DNA of 64,000 bases from the human T2T-CHM13v2.0 reference genome, Homo sapiens. The stretch lies in assembly GCF_009914755.1 (NCBI RefSeq), contig NC_060933.1. One strand, 5' to 3'. Positions 48,836-64,000 of the stretch are shown one piece after another. Under the pieces are notes generated by a model, which was given only the letters and a program-made list of their open reading frames with translations, was not told where the DNA came from and did no database searches. Within the stretch, counting starts at the first letter, position 1; each line of letters begins with the position of its first letter. Both the position numbers and the translations under genes were made by a program.

Positions 48836-51616
48836 CTAGTACCTAGTAGTTTCTAAGGTATTTCTAACGTGATCTTACTAATTTATCTTTTAAATTAAAA
48901 ATTAAGGGTATCATTTATTCTGTGACTCTTTGAGGAGATTTGGTGTCTGTTTTATCCTGAGCATCTACAACAGTGCCTGACACATAGTAGATGCTCAGTA
49001 AAAAGTTATGGAGTGTATACCACATGCTCTGGGGGATATATGGCACAGTCTTTGGATTATCAGTTTGTGTTTATTTCTTGGCTGCAAAGGTGGAGGGAAG
49101 GCCCAGGTTGCACAGGAGGGGACAGAGCTTTAACAGTACGTGGAATGCAGTGGACGTGCCTTTATCTGCAAGGACCCTTGACTGCATTGAGGCTGCCTGG
49201 AGCAAAGAAGCCACCAGACCCAAGGGGCTCAGGCTAGGCTGGGAGAATGCCAGGAGGCGAGTCCCTGTCACCTGCCCCTAGAGCAGGTCAGACCTGTTCT
49301 GTTGTTCTGTGGTCATCTGCTCTAAATTTCCTCCTACTCACCTCTGGGCCTTTAAATTTGGGATTCATAAGAATGCTTGGTGCAGAGGAGGAGCTGATGC
49401 CTCCCTAACTTCCCTAATGCCGCCCGCCCAAGCTTCTCAGAACCCCTGCTTCCTCATTAAGATAATGAGAACTTCCTTAGATATCTGTGCAGACGAAATG
49501 AGAGAATGTGCCTAAGTCCTCAACGCAGTCCTGTTTTTATTATTTAGGCTTTCCCCCTCTGGGATTTGGAATGGAAAAAGCACAGCCTAATCTTGCCCCT
49601 CTCTTTTCCCCAGTGAGAACTTATATGGTTCCCATTATGTTCTATTGTTATTATTCCACTATTTTCCAGAATGTGAGGAATAAGCTGACCCTGAGCCTGC
49701 CACTTTGATTTGGTCGTCAGAAGTCCTGGGGAAGCAGTTGAGAGATCTTGTAACTTTTAGTATTAATCTCAAAGACACTGCCTAACCAACACAGGCTGTA
49801 TTACCAGTTCCTACATCTAGCCCTCTGTAGGGTAGCTTGATTTTAAATGTGCAAGTTAATTTCAAGTCTGTTTTGTAAGGGGAATTTATATTAAGCACAT
49901 TAACAACCTCAGTGTCTCCAAGGGTCAAATCTTATGTCTACTTTCCTTAACCCGTTTTGAAATTGGAAGAGGAAGTTAATATGCAGTCCCATGCACTCCC
50001 TTTTAGATTTAATAATGGATGAAAAGTTCTTTTATCCACTGTACTTCTTCAGAAATTTCAGAATAATTTCTTTCTGTTTGAAGAATATGAAGTTGGTTCT
50101 TTAAAAAGAGAGACATGCTATTTAATTTTTAAACCCCACCATCTAGGGAATTCTGACATTATGGGACAGACTGAGCCGATTTCCCTTTGTGACATTGGGG
50201 TTTCATGTGCTGGAGCCACATGAGGGATGCACAGAGGGGAGCCTTCTTGTCGCAGGTGGGAACAAACATCCAAAGAAACCCCCAAGGGCCCCTTTGAAGG
50301 TCATCCTCACTGGAACAAAGGTAGTCACTGGGGCCAGACCAGTGACCTCTCCATATTCATGCAGGTCTCTTCTTCAAAGGAGATTTTAAGTAACTTCCTT
50401 TCCCAGGGGGATGGAGCAGCTGTGAGCCGAGCATTAGCGCCAGGCCTTTTAAAAACAGACCAGTGAATTCAGGAAATGCTTACCCTTTGGATAGTCAAGT
50501 GGAAGCATGGATATATTTTAAAGTATCTATCTAATTCCTTCTCTGGAGTGAGAAGGGGTTAGGGGGAGAGATCTAGGTCAAAAATATTATTTAAGGATAA
50601 AATGCTCTGATCATTGCATTGTTGCACGCAGTGGGCTCAGCAAGCTTTTCGTTTCCACTGCAGTGTGGGTCATAGCTTGTGCGTGAGTCCCCTCTGACTA
50701 GAGGGCTGGTCTATCCATACCCGATGTTCACTGCCAGTAGCTGGCTGGAGTTCATTACTGGTGCCACCAGCCTCAGGCCTGGTCATTCAAAGAAGAAACA
50801 ATATTTGAAAATGGACGTGATTTTTCCCTTGGGGCTTTCCTGTGTTTTCTTCATAGAGTATACTTTGTAATTTGGGGAACCAGAATAAATAGAAAGAAGA
50901 ATAGTTAGGACAGTGAGTCCATCTGAAGCCTTTGTAGGTGGTGAAGGGAGAAGTTGGGGGTAAGAGGGCATTCACTGCACAGCAAAGACTGGCGTGTCTC
51001 AGACTGGTGCAAACCTGTGCTGCAATATTGACCTGAGGATGAGTAGAAAAAGGCAGAGGAGCTGTCACTTCAGTGTAATGTTGAGAAAAAACAGTCCTCT
51101 CCCCAGTGTAGGGCATTGAACTGTCACAACCAGAATTATGCCCAGGATTTCATACAGGTGCTGTCTATTGTACATAGCTTAAAAAGCTGGTTGCCTGAAA
51201 GTTCAACTATTGTGTCTTATTGTTTCCTGTGAACATAAAGGAATGTCCACAGAATATTAGAGAATATTGGAATGCAGGAAGAGAGGCAAGTCTGAGAGGT
51301 GGGGATGAGTTCAGAGAAATCCCCAGGGGCCTCCTTATTGTGCAGTAGTTTTCCCTCCATGTGCCCCCTGGGCTGATATTAATGTGTTCTAGGAAATGCT
51401 TAATGCTTATGGGCCTGACTCTTGGTTTTGCCTTTTAAGAGGCATCATCATTACTAACAAACACGTTCCTGAACAGGCCTTAGTGCTAAGCTAGGCTCGA
51501 TCTCTTCTTTCTGGCCAAATTGGGATTAATGCCACTCTTTGATTTCCTCATGTTGGCAATCACACAGTGCCATGATTAACTGGTGCCACACATTGCCAAG
51601 GCCCTATGGTTTACTT

Positions 51617-51946
51617 CAAGGGTCAGTAAACTGTAACTCCAAGGCCAAATCTGGCCCACTGTGTTTTTATAGAGTCCTTCTGCTAAGAATTGTTTTTACA
51701 TTTTTAAATGATTGGAAAAGATTTTTAAAAAGAACAGTATTTTGTGCCACATGAAAATGATATGAGATTCAGATTTTAGTATTCATAAATAAAGTTTTAC
51801 TGGAACACACCCATGCCCATTTGTTTGGTCTCTGGTTGCTTTTGCACAGCAATGGCAGAGTTGAGTCATGGTGACAGAGACCATGTGGCCCTCAAACCTG
51901 AGAATATTTATCCTCTAACCTTTTGCAGAAAGTTTGCTGACCCCTG
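51617..51946. mobile_element. MER58B-like hAT element
   Basis: TIR-like CAAGGGTCAGTAAACT ... AGTTTGCTGACCCCTG; internal AATAAAGTTTTACTGGAACAC. Confidence 0.85.
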
Positions 51947-53080
51947 GTTTATATCATTAGGGTAGGCATGTTGTGCCTTTATCCTATGTTTTTTAAGAAA
52001 ATTCTAAAATCTAAAATGTATTCATTTCATGTATATTATAATGTGAAATTCTTATTTTGATAGCATTTTTATACCCCCTATGCAAAACTGAAAATGCTAG
52101 ACAATGAAAGAAATGTGTAAACTGTTGAATACAAGGAGCCAGGCATTCATAATAGAGCCAGCTGATGCTTTGAGAGAAGAAAAAACCTCATGTCTCCTCT
52201 TCTCACCTCTCCCTCTTTTCTTCCAACATTTTATTACGAAAATTTTTAAATATACAGAGAAGTTGGTAGAACTGTACAGGGAACGCCAATTTGCCCTCCA
52301 CCCAGAGTCTGTAATTACTAACATTTTGCCACATTTCCTTTATCGCCTCTCTGTACAATCATCTGTCCATCTCAGTTTTTATGTATTTCAGAATAAGTTA
52401 CAGATGTTAGTACATTTCAACAATAGGTTACTTTTATTTCCACTGTTAATTAGGCTTAGTCTGAAGGGTGTGGAATATTTTCATTTCCTGAATGGAATAA
52501 AAGGTGGGAGTTAAAAGCAGATGGGAACAAGCAGAATGATATAATGTAATTAAGGCCTGGCTTAAAAAAATATGTGTGCCTGTGTATGCACACACACACA
52601 TTGTAAATTTTGTGTACATGCACATAAAATATATATACACATGCGTGTGTGTGGATATGTATGCATATCTATATGTAAAAATAAAAGAATGAAATTGTCC
52701 ATAAAGTAATGCAGTCTTTGAGAAACTGTTGGGAGAACTACATTTACCAGTGCTTAGGCACCAGACCAGTATTGTGAAAGTAAAGATGCTGAAGTCTTTG
52801 ACACCTTTAACTTTTGCAACACATTTATGTTCTCTCAGACCGCATCCAGGGGCAGGAGAAGGAGTGTTCATGTGTTCACAGGCAGCATCAGCCAGGTGCA
52901 CAGGTCCAAGACCTCAGGCCAACTCAGGCTGGAAGGCACCTGCTCCTGTGGGGTGCTAGCCACCACTGGGGAGCAGAGATGAGCAGAGAAGGCTCCTGGA
53001 GCTTTGAAAGACGTAGGCAACCTGCTACCTGAAGGACCAGTGAGGAACCTTTTGACAGTCAAAGAAATTTTTTATGATAG

Positions 53081-53447
<367 letters not shown>

Positions 53448-54072
53448 TAACAGCAGTTCTCAGGTTCCTGTCCTTTAGGCCCATTTAGTTATACATTTGC
53501 ATAATGCTTTGCAATTTTAAAAACACTTTTCTTAGACTGTGATCCTGTGGGAATTATTATTCCAATTTCTTGCGATTTTTTTTTTTTAATTTTGCAAGCT
53601 GCCATGAATTCTTAGGAAAAAATGCATGGTAAACATTAGGCATACTTTTCAATATATGTGCAATGTGCGATATGCCACACATATGGCCAAAATGCAGTTG
53701 GCTCATTTTGACAGTTTTTTTTTTTGTTTTTTTTTTTTAACGCTGCCATGCTGTTCCAATTGGTTTGGCTTGACAGTTTTGAAATTGACAATTTCTGCCT
53801 CTCCCAATCATTGCTCTCAAGGGCAGGGGTACCACACTGGACATTTCATTGGATCTTCGAAGGCCCTACATACAATGCTGATTCCCAGGCAGATACTTCA
53901 TAGATGTTTACTTTCCATTGAGTTTATTTTGAGTTATTAGTAGGATGCCTTAGTTGGGATTCCATTTCCAACCTGAGGATCAGCAAAAATCATTTTATGC
54001 ATCTGCAGTGTTCTTGTTAGGTAAGCACTGTTGGGACAGGTAGAGTGAATGGTTTAAATGCTTTCCTGTTAG

Positions 54073-54410
<338 letters not shown>

Positions 54411-56453
54411 ATTCTTGATTTATTTTCTGTAATTGATTTGATGTGTGCAAATGTGTTTATCAATAGGAAGAGCACTTTCTGGAAGGCATTATTCAGAAGA
54501 TTAAAGGAGAAATCCTCACCATCAGTTCTTAGTTTCTTGAAGCCCGTGGTGGAAATGGATACACAGATGACACAGAGACCATCCATTTTTCTGTTTTCTG
54601 TGTGTTTCTAGCCCCAGGCAAATCCTGCCAAGCTCTGTCTATTTTAATGGCCCCTGTTTCTGGTGTCACCTCTGGCTTGAGAACTGCATTTCCATTAGCC
54701 CCCCTTTCGTTCTCTTTAAGGATGGGGGGATTACTGTTCTCCAGGCATCATCAAGCAGAAAATCAGCACAGAGATGCTTATGAGCATGCTCTATCACACT
54801 AGTGTTTTTTAGATTTATTTTAGTGTTTAATTCTAGTATTTTATGGGAAACTAGTCTGTCTTTTGATATTGAATTACATAAAAATTATAAGCCCTGCTAA
54901 GCTTTGAGTGTGATTAAAAAACAGCTGAACATTTGAAACTTGGTCTGTATGGGATCCTAATTTGGGGTTCTCATGTGTGAAGGTCTCCTTTGATATCAAA
55001 TATATAATGTTCCTTTAATGTAATACTGTCTATAAATGTGATTTTTTTTTCTCCAAGAAAGTTTAGTCTCTGCCCTACTTAACCTAAATATATAGCCCAC
55101 CAGTATTTTATTTCTCTTTATCATAGGAACATAATTCAAGATCTCTTAGATTATGGTGATTCATAAACTTTCTAAATAAATTCTTTGCAAAATCATTAGA
55201 TAAATATATATTATTTTAAATAAAGTAGGCAACGGTATAGTAATATCCTTCCCCCAAGACACAGAGTTAAGGCAACTTAATATGTTTGTATGTAAGAGGG
55301 GAAAAAAAGGTGACACAGATGTAAACCGGAAGGCCCAAGGTTCTTATCTTTGGGCAGAGGATTACATCTGGGTGCTTTTTATTTTCCATTTGCTCATCGG
55401 TTTTCTGAAATTTCCACAGCAGACTGTTACCTTGGTAGTGAGAAACAAAATGATACTTGATTTTTCAAAGAGGGTCATTTATACCTGTCCCCAGCCTCTT
55501 CCGCCTCCCAAGTGAAATGGGGCTTGCCAGCTGATTCATTTATGTTCTTTCTTGTTTTCTAAGTTAGTATATTGCTCAAAACAGCCCTTGCGAGCTCTAG
55601 GAGCTCAGGAGCAGTTTGGTGTCCTCAAAGCAGCCCCTTCCCTAAAGCTACAGCCTCTGGGTTAAGGACATGTAGCAGAGGTACTAGTGTGAGATGTCTG
55701 GGTTTTCTGGTTTGTTCTTGGACCCACAAAGCGCAGAGAGCTCCCAAACATGTTCTCAGGATGGGCGAGGGTAGAAGGTGTAAGTCTTGGTGCCTATCTG
55801 CAAGTGAAGGTGTTTTTAAGACACCATGTGCGTGAGCATGTGACCCATGTGGTTTATGATGCTGACTTTTTCCTCTGGGGAAATGCGAAATACTTAAAGC
55901 TCTTATCTGTCTGTACTGATTTTGAAAGCCAAGAGCCTAAGATTTTGACAATTAGTTAAAAAAAAAAATCTGCAAGTCATGTGGGAATTGTAAAAATCTT
56001 ATGGGGAATAATAATTTTAACTTAACCAATAAATAACACAATAAAAATTAAAGCACTTAAAATACTGATTTAAGTGCTTTATTTGTTATTGCATAAATAA
56101 ATAAATCAGGGAGCTGATTTACCCCACCACCCCTACCCATGTCAGACTCAAATTTTACTAGGATTATCTTGTTTCTTTTGCGTATTTATAGCTACTTTTC
56201 CTATGTTATTTGCCTTTAGGGCAAATTATATTCTCTTTGAGAATATTTTATTCTTATTTAAATTCTTTATTGTCTTGAATAGGCACAGTAACAATAAATT
56301 TATTCAAAATTCAACAATGGGGAAGAACTTTAATTAACCTGATTATTTTATATTTTTCTAGTGGAGTAGTGGTGTTAGTTCTACCATCAGAGCAGTAATA
56401 GTTGTTTTAGATTAAATTTTACCTTGAAAAAGTTGATATTGGAGACATGAAGT

Positions 56454-56754
56454 TTTCTTTTTTTTTTTTTTCTTGAGATGGAGTCTCACACAGTCACCCA
56501 GTCTGGAGTGCGATGGCCCAATCTTGGCTCACTGCAGCTCTGCCTCCTGGGTTCAAGCGATTCTCCTTCCTCAGCCTCCCAAGTAGCTGGGATTACAGGC
56601 GCCTGCCACCACGCCTGGCTAATTTTTTGTATTTTTAGTAGAGCCAGGGTTTCACTATGTTGGCCAGGCTTGTCTCGAACTCCTGCCCTCGTTATCCTCC
56701 TGCCTTGGCCTCCCAAAGTGCTGGGATTACAGGCGTGAGCCACCGCATCCAGCC
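56454..56754 (-). mobile_element. Alu (AluS)
   Basis: Antisense dimer; TSD ATGA(A/G)GTTTTC. Confidence 0.93.
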
Positions 56755-56849
56755 CCTATGAGGTTTTCATGTGTTTTGGAGGCCCTCTGTAGTGCATCAG
56801 TATCCCCCATCACATAGTGTGTACGCAGTCAGCCAGCTCTGCTTGATGG

Positions 56850-57140
56850 GCTGGGTGTATGGGGAGATGTTTCTGGGTATGGTGTGGGGTTTTGTGTGTG
56901 GTGTGTTGTGAATGTGGTATGTGTATGTATACTTGTGTATTTTGTATGTGTAGTTTGGATGAGATGTGCATGTGTGTAGTATGTGACATACATGGTGTAT
57001 GTGTGTGTATGTGGAATATGGTGTGCATGTCTGGAGTATCTGGCATGTGTGTAGATGTGTAGTGTGTGCGGCATACATGGTAAGTGTAGATATATGTATG
57101 TGGCATATATGATATGATCTGTGTGTGCGCGTTAGTGTGT
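56850..57140 (+). repeat. Degenerate TG-rich low-complexity tract
   Basis: ~290 nt of imperfect TG/TATG repeats. Confidence 0.9.
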
Positions 57141-58892
57141 CTGCAGGAGCATTCGAGAATGCCAGCGAGGATGCATTTCCTATCATCTGTTCTTAATGGA
57201 GAAGGATTTCTGGAAGCAGCAGATGGTGTGAAGTGTGCAGCTGTGAAGTTAGAAGAAAATCTTGGTAAGGACCAGATTGGTTCTGGGCAGGAAGGAGTAT
57301 CCTCATAAAATCAAGCCCCTAAAGCTATAAACATCAGATAGCAGGGCCCGAGGCAAGCGGGGGTTTGAGAGGAGTCACAATGTGCTCTCATTTACAAAAG
57401 TAGTGGCTGCCAGCTTTTTATCCAAAATCCCTTAGGAATTACAGTTGTTTTACGGGCCCAAAATGCTTTGTAACTCAGCAGATGGCTTGAAGACTTCAGT
57501 ATCTTCCCATTTTTACTTTAAGGTCAAAAGGATTCTAATTAAAGTTAAAGCTACAATCTCAATGTCATTGTTTAAATGAATTCACCAAGACAATAGTTGT
57601 GGAATCTTTTCAGAGGAAATTTAAGATGTTAATTTCCCACTGAAGTATAGTCTAATAATTGAGCTAAATAATGGCACTAAAGAATGACTTGGGGGTTTGC
57701 CCTCTTGGAGTCCATTTATTCTTAAAGAAAGATTTTTCCCTTTAATTATCAAACTAATAATGGCCATTGGAGGTGGGGAACTGGGAAGAAAAAAAATCAC
57801 CAAAAATTCCACTCCCAAAGAAAATCATTGTAAATATTCAGTCATTTCCCAAGCATATCTGTAGATGTCCGAGTGTGTGTAGATGTCTATTTTGGTTTAT
57901 TTTGCAGATCTGTGCTCATGTTATATACATAAAAGCTATATCCTTCCATTCGCCTTAAGATTCTATTATTTTCTCACTTTGAAAGGCCTTTAACTGAAGT
58001 CCACTGAAATCTTCAACAACACGGTTCATTTGTCTTTGAGACGGGTTGTTAGAACAAAAATTTGAACAGTTCTTTTAAAATACTGAAATAAGTGAGACCC
58101 AGTATTGATGGGAATGACTTTCTGCCCAGCTGTTTTCTTGTTGGCTGATTCCATAGGAATTGCCCGCATATGAAAAAGAAAATTGTAACAGATTAAAAAA
58201 CAAAACCTCATCTGCTTGACATTAAATGTTACTTGTAACTTAAAAAATTAAATTACAAAACCATAATGAATTATTAAGCTTTATAAACTATTGGCTTTTA
58301 AAAAATTTATTGAGTTTTAAAAATTAAGTGTTTTTGTGTCATTGGCTGTGATGAATCTTTGTGTTTGTTAGACAGTAAGTTTATTTGGATGCTAAGAGAT
58401 CTGCTAAACAGCCCCACTGGATTTTATATATTTAAAATATATCTTAAAATATTTTATTTATATTTAAACATATATAGTTTAAAATATAAAATTAAATTAA
58501 AACTAATTTAAGATTAATTTTATTGCTAACATACAAAGAGTTTTCATAAAAGCCTACATATATAAAAATATATGTACTACATATATTATGTATAAACATA
58601 TGGATGCTACATATATCTTATATACGTAGACTTTATGAAAACTCTTTGTATGTTAGCTTAAATTAAGTCTTCTGAAAGTGATAAGAATTGTATTATATTA
58701 AAGCAATTACTGAAGTTTAATATGTACGGATGTGTAGTTTAAGACATGGGTTTTATGTGATTGTGAAAGCTAAGTACGGTAGTCCTCTCTTATCCTTGGT
58801 GTCGCTTTCTGAGCTTAAAGTTACCCACATTTAACCTCGATATGAAAATGTTAAATGGAAAATTTCAGAAATACACAATTTATAAGTTTTAA

Positions 58893-59219
<327 letters not shown>

Positions 59220-59669
59220 TGAGGAGAGCAATGAAATCTCCTGTTGTCTCATACCATCCGAGAGTAGAAGCATCCTTTGTCCAGCTATTCACGATGTCTG
59301 TCTACATTCGCTGACTGTCTGCACTCCCTGCCTGTTAGCCACTCAGGAGCCCTCTGCGTATCAATAATTGTCGTAGTCTAGTAGTGCTTGTGTTCAAGGA
59401 GCCCTTATTTTACTTCTTAATGACCCCAAAGCCCGAGAGTAGTGATGCCGGCAATTCGGATGTGCCAAAAAGAAGCCGTCAAGTGCTTCCTTTAAGTGAG
59501 AAGGTGGAAGTTCTCGACTTAAGGAAAGAAAAAAAATTATTTACTGAGGTTGCGAAGATATGTGGTAGAAGATATTTTGAGAGAGAGAGAGAGACCACAT
59601 TCACATGACTTTTATTACAGTATATTGTTATAATTGTTGTATTTATTGCTAATTATTGTTGTTAATCTC

Positions 59670-59975
<306 letters not shown>

Positions 59976-60737
59976 TGTTGTTAATCTCTTACCATGTCTA
60001 ATTTATAAATTAAACTTCATCACAGGTCTGTGTATATAGGAAGAAACGTAGTAGATACAGTGTTCAGTACTTTCCATGGTTTGACGCATCCACTAGGGGT
60101 TTTGGAATGGATCCCCTGTGAGTAAAGGGGAACTACGAGGTAACCTTTTCCTGAAAGCTGTGAAATCAGTCTGCCAAGATAAATAATTATAACTGATAAT
60201 AGGCTTATCAGTGTGACCACAGTAAATAATTCCATTATTATATACATCATACCACAGCGTAGTTGCTCACTTACCTGTCTCTTAAGGGAACCTGCATCTA
60301 ATTATCTTTTAACTTTTAGGGCTGACATATACTTGACCTATAATTGTTGAATTAGCCAACTCACACCAAACTGTTTTCTCTTTCCCCGAGTTCATCTGGA
60401 CTGTGACATACCACAGAAATGTGTTCTGAGTTTTTCTTACCAATCTAAGCCTCACACAGGAATGAAAGTAATTTGAAATAATTATCAGGAACATTATTGT
60501 ACTTTATCACATTTTTATGAAAATACTTCAGATTTCTCAAACAGTAATATTATTGATTCTGTACACATTATCAAAACCATTCTTAGAAAATACAAAATTG
60601 CAACATTCAATAGAACATCTTTTTAGTAAACATTGGATATTGGTTCCTACTTTTATTCCACTGGTGGGAAAGGCTTATGTGTTCCTATGTAGTTTATGTC
60701 CAAACCGACTGTAAGTGGTTCTTCTGTCAGCACTTTA

Positions 60738-61052
<315 letters not shown>

Positions 61053-61719
61053 GATGGAGAAAGACTTTATAGGCTGTTGTAGTTTAGACTCTGTCCAACT
61101 AGAAGCATCATGTGGCTTTCAGAGAAAAACACTCTAGTCAACCAATGGAGAAATGCAGAGGAGGAAATGTGAGACTTATTTTCAAACTGAAGACAACAAT
61201 TAAGAAGAGGTAGAACTTCTCAAAGATACGTTTTCATGAACCACTATTTATGTATTATATAGCAACAGATATTATGGTGACTTGTACAGCCATTACCATT
61301 ACCCAATGTGATGCATGTTTTCCTGTTCTGTGTCTATCACATGTCTATATAGGCCATGCCTATTTATGTTTTTCCTGTTTGTTTGGGTCTCAGATCAGTG
61401 AGTGCCTTTGTTCATCTTGAAAATGGTATTGATAGCAACACAGAATCAAAATACAGTTTTCAAGAAATAGAAATCCTCAGATTGTTTTAGACCCTGAATT
61501 TAATGACAGCAGCAGGAATTATAAACCCTCGGTTCTGATGAGAAAAAGTCAGGGACTTATTTAGATAAAAATAGCTTACAGGGTTTTTCCTAAGGGTCAG
61601 CAAAGTTTCCTACTCATCTGTACCTTTAGGACTTCATAATGATTTAGCTCAATTTAATCCCAGATTAGCAGTGAAAGATTAATACTGAGTTTTCTAAGGT
61701 GGGAAATTCCGTATGAACA

Positions 61720-62270
61720 ATAATAGGTAACATTTCCTGAGTACTGAAGACAGGTCAGACAGTGTCAGTGTTTAGCACTGCTTCTTATAGATCATCTCTG
61801 AATCATCACAACATCCCTAAGAGGCTGATGCCATCATGCCCATTTTACAGATGAGGAAATTGAGGGATTTGCTGACAGTGACACAGAGTAAGGAATAAAG
61901 TCATGCTGTGAGCCAGGCATCCCTGACCCTGTGGTCAGCATTTCAGTGTGACACTGTAACCAGCATGCACATCATTCCTTACCTTACCAGAGCTGTCCTG
62001 TGCCATAGGGATTCTGGCTCACTTTTCCTATGTATGGTCTCTGCTTTGTAAGAGAAATCAGTATTTACCAAGTACCTATGGTACTGGTTGGCTTACACTC
62101 AGTGACTTCCGGAAGGCTCACCAAACCCTCTGAGGTAGGAAAGATCATTCCCATTTTAAGGATGAAGAAGCTGTGGCTGAGTGGCTCAGTTACCTAAAGA
62201 CAAACGGCCAGTGAGAAGGGGAAACTCAAGTCTGTCTGAGTCCGAGATTAATGCCTTTGCCATTGCCCAG
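61720..62270 (-). mobile_element. Two MIR fragments
   Basis: CCCATTTTACAGATGAGGAAATTGAGG (~61840) and CCCATTTTAAGGATGAAGAAGCTG (~62150). Confidence 0.8.
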
Positions 62271-63530
62271 AGATCTGTCTGGCTTTGGAGTCAATATGGA
62301 ACCCCTCACTGGGCCTTCAGCAATGGGATGCCCACATGCATGCCTCACACTCCCCAGGACAGAGTTCATGGACATGCATGAAATGGCATCACGATCATAA
62401 ATAGATGTTCTGGTAACTTGGCTCATAGGTAGCATGTCTTTTTACCATTAATTAGCGTACTATAGACTGCATGGGTGACATTAGAAAACAAATTTTTATT
62501 GCTTTTGCAATGAAGTTTGGGGACATTTTATAAGAATTATTTTAATAAGTAGGGATTTAAAATATGGGACATGTTGTATAGAGCAAGTTAGAGAATGTTA
62601 AAATAAAAGAACATATAAAAATGCTACTTAAAGTTTCACATTTATGTGCAAAACAACATGTAATTCTTGGTCGGGGCTGTGATAGTTCTGCTTAAGAATG
62701 TCTAAAACAGATGATCTGATAAGAAAATTGCTCTTACCACAGTAGAGGAGAAAAGGCAAGAAGGAGACCTTCACACAAAAACAAAATTATAATAGCCTCC
62801 TTAATGGGCCTATGTCTGAGTTTCAGTGCTTATCACTTACAAATGAACACTTTTCATAGACATAATTTCCATTGCCTAATAATAGTTGAATATGACTATG
62901 AATCATTTTGAGTGCAGTTTCTTTAAAATACATTGTTAATAAATGTTCTCTGAAGAGGTAGATAGGTGGATTCTTATGTAGTTAGTAAAAACAACACAAT
63001 CAGCCAAAATGACTCAGGATTATTTTTTCATTTCATGGAACCTTCTGCAAATTAATATTTGTCCTTATCTGAGGTTTTTCTAAATAGTTGCTTTATTAAG
63101 CATTGCATTGTTTGGCAGTACAGTTTGTGAGCTGGATAAGGTAATAAAAACTTGGGAAAAATGTAAAAGACTCACTTTTTAAATATCTACATTAAATGCA
63201 TTATCTTTGCTATGTTTGAGTGATCTCTTATGGTTCTGTAAGATGGACCATTTTGTTGCATCCTCAAAAAGTGTAAGAGAAGAGGGTTTTGTTTTTTCTT
63301 TTTTGTTTTTGTAGTCTTGTGTGTTTGGATTTTGTTTATTATAGTATTATGCTATAGTTTTAAGGATTGAGGACTCAGAAGATTTCATGTGGCCTTAATT
63401 AGCAGTCTGTCATATTTAAAAACAAACATGTTGAAATAATAAAGGTAGAAATTGTAAATATATAATCCTCTGGAAGGCAGGGATTCAATCTATGAAATTA
63501 TTTCAGTTAACGTTTCAGAAGAGGAACACA

Positions 63531-63869
63531 CATGAATAAGTATATAAATATGTTAGCTTAACTTTAACAAATTATACAAGCAACATAATTCATTATCTAA
63601 ATTTTAGAAAAATGAGAAATCACCCATCACTGCACTAACTCAAATCTCTGTCATGAGTTTTAGTTAATAAGTGTTTTCTGACAATGACAAATTTTCATAC
63701 ATGAATAAGTATATAAATATGTTAGCTTAACTTTTACAAATTGTACAAGCAACATAATTCATTATCTAAATTTTAGAAACATGAGAAAAATCACCCATAA
63801 CTCCACTCACTCAAATCTCTGTCATGAGTTTCAGTTAATAAATGCTTTTTGACAATGACAAATTTTCAT
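63531..63869. repeat. Tandem duplication, 2 x ~170 bp
   Basis: Unit 1 63531-63699, unit 2 63700-63869; about 10 substitutions and one 2-nt indel by eye. Confidence 0.95.
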
Positions 63870-64000
63870 TTTTAGATATTGCGTGGATGAACAGGGAAAA
63901 ATGTTATAGATATGGTGAAGAATATATAGTACATGAGAATATATGTGAGTGTGTATGTGTGTATGCATGCATACATACACACTTGTGTACATTAATGTAT

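Noticed and set aside
56797-57186. His/Thr- and Cys/Val-rich ORFs
   Set aside because: Translations of TG low-complexity sequence.
59384-59608. Transposase-like ORF as a domesticated gene
   Set aside because: Short HTH remnant within a non-autonomous MER44; no catalytic domain.
63531-63869. Alpha satellite or CRISPR-like array
   Set aside because: Only two units, no spacers, no alphoid similarity; eukaryotic context.

Overview
Primate (almost certainly human) genomic DNA covering the 5' end of DAPK1 (death-associated protein kinase 1) on the + strand. It comprises ~17 kb of repeat-rich upstream sequence, a CpG-island promoter (~17.05-18.6 kb), non-coding exon 1 (to 17574), exon 2 (18437-18606, with the ATG and [20 protein letters not shown]) and ~45 kb of intron 2; exon 3 is not in the window. 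The rest is Alu, L1, L2, MIR, LTR and DNA-transposon remnants plus a young RPS29 processed pseudogene with an intact ORF. Nearly all ORFs in the supplied track are Alu-derived, GC-rich or random. I see no new multi-gene system. The best leads are regulatory: four uORFs linked by overlapping stop/start codons ending on the DAPK1 ATG; a (TG)16-guarded antisense-Alu cassette that would splice in frame into the kinase Gly-rich loop; the sense-strand RPS29 retrocopy with poly(A) signals; a (GGAA)14 microsatellite; a long AT-rich fold-back palindrome; and two structurally odd Alus. Repeat boundaries and subfamily names are read by eye from remembered consensus sequences and are approximate.
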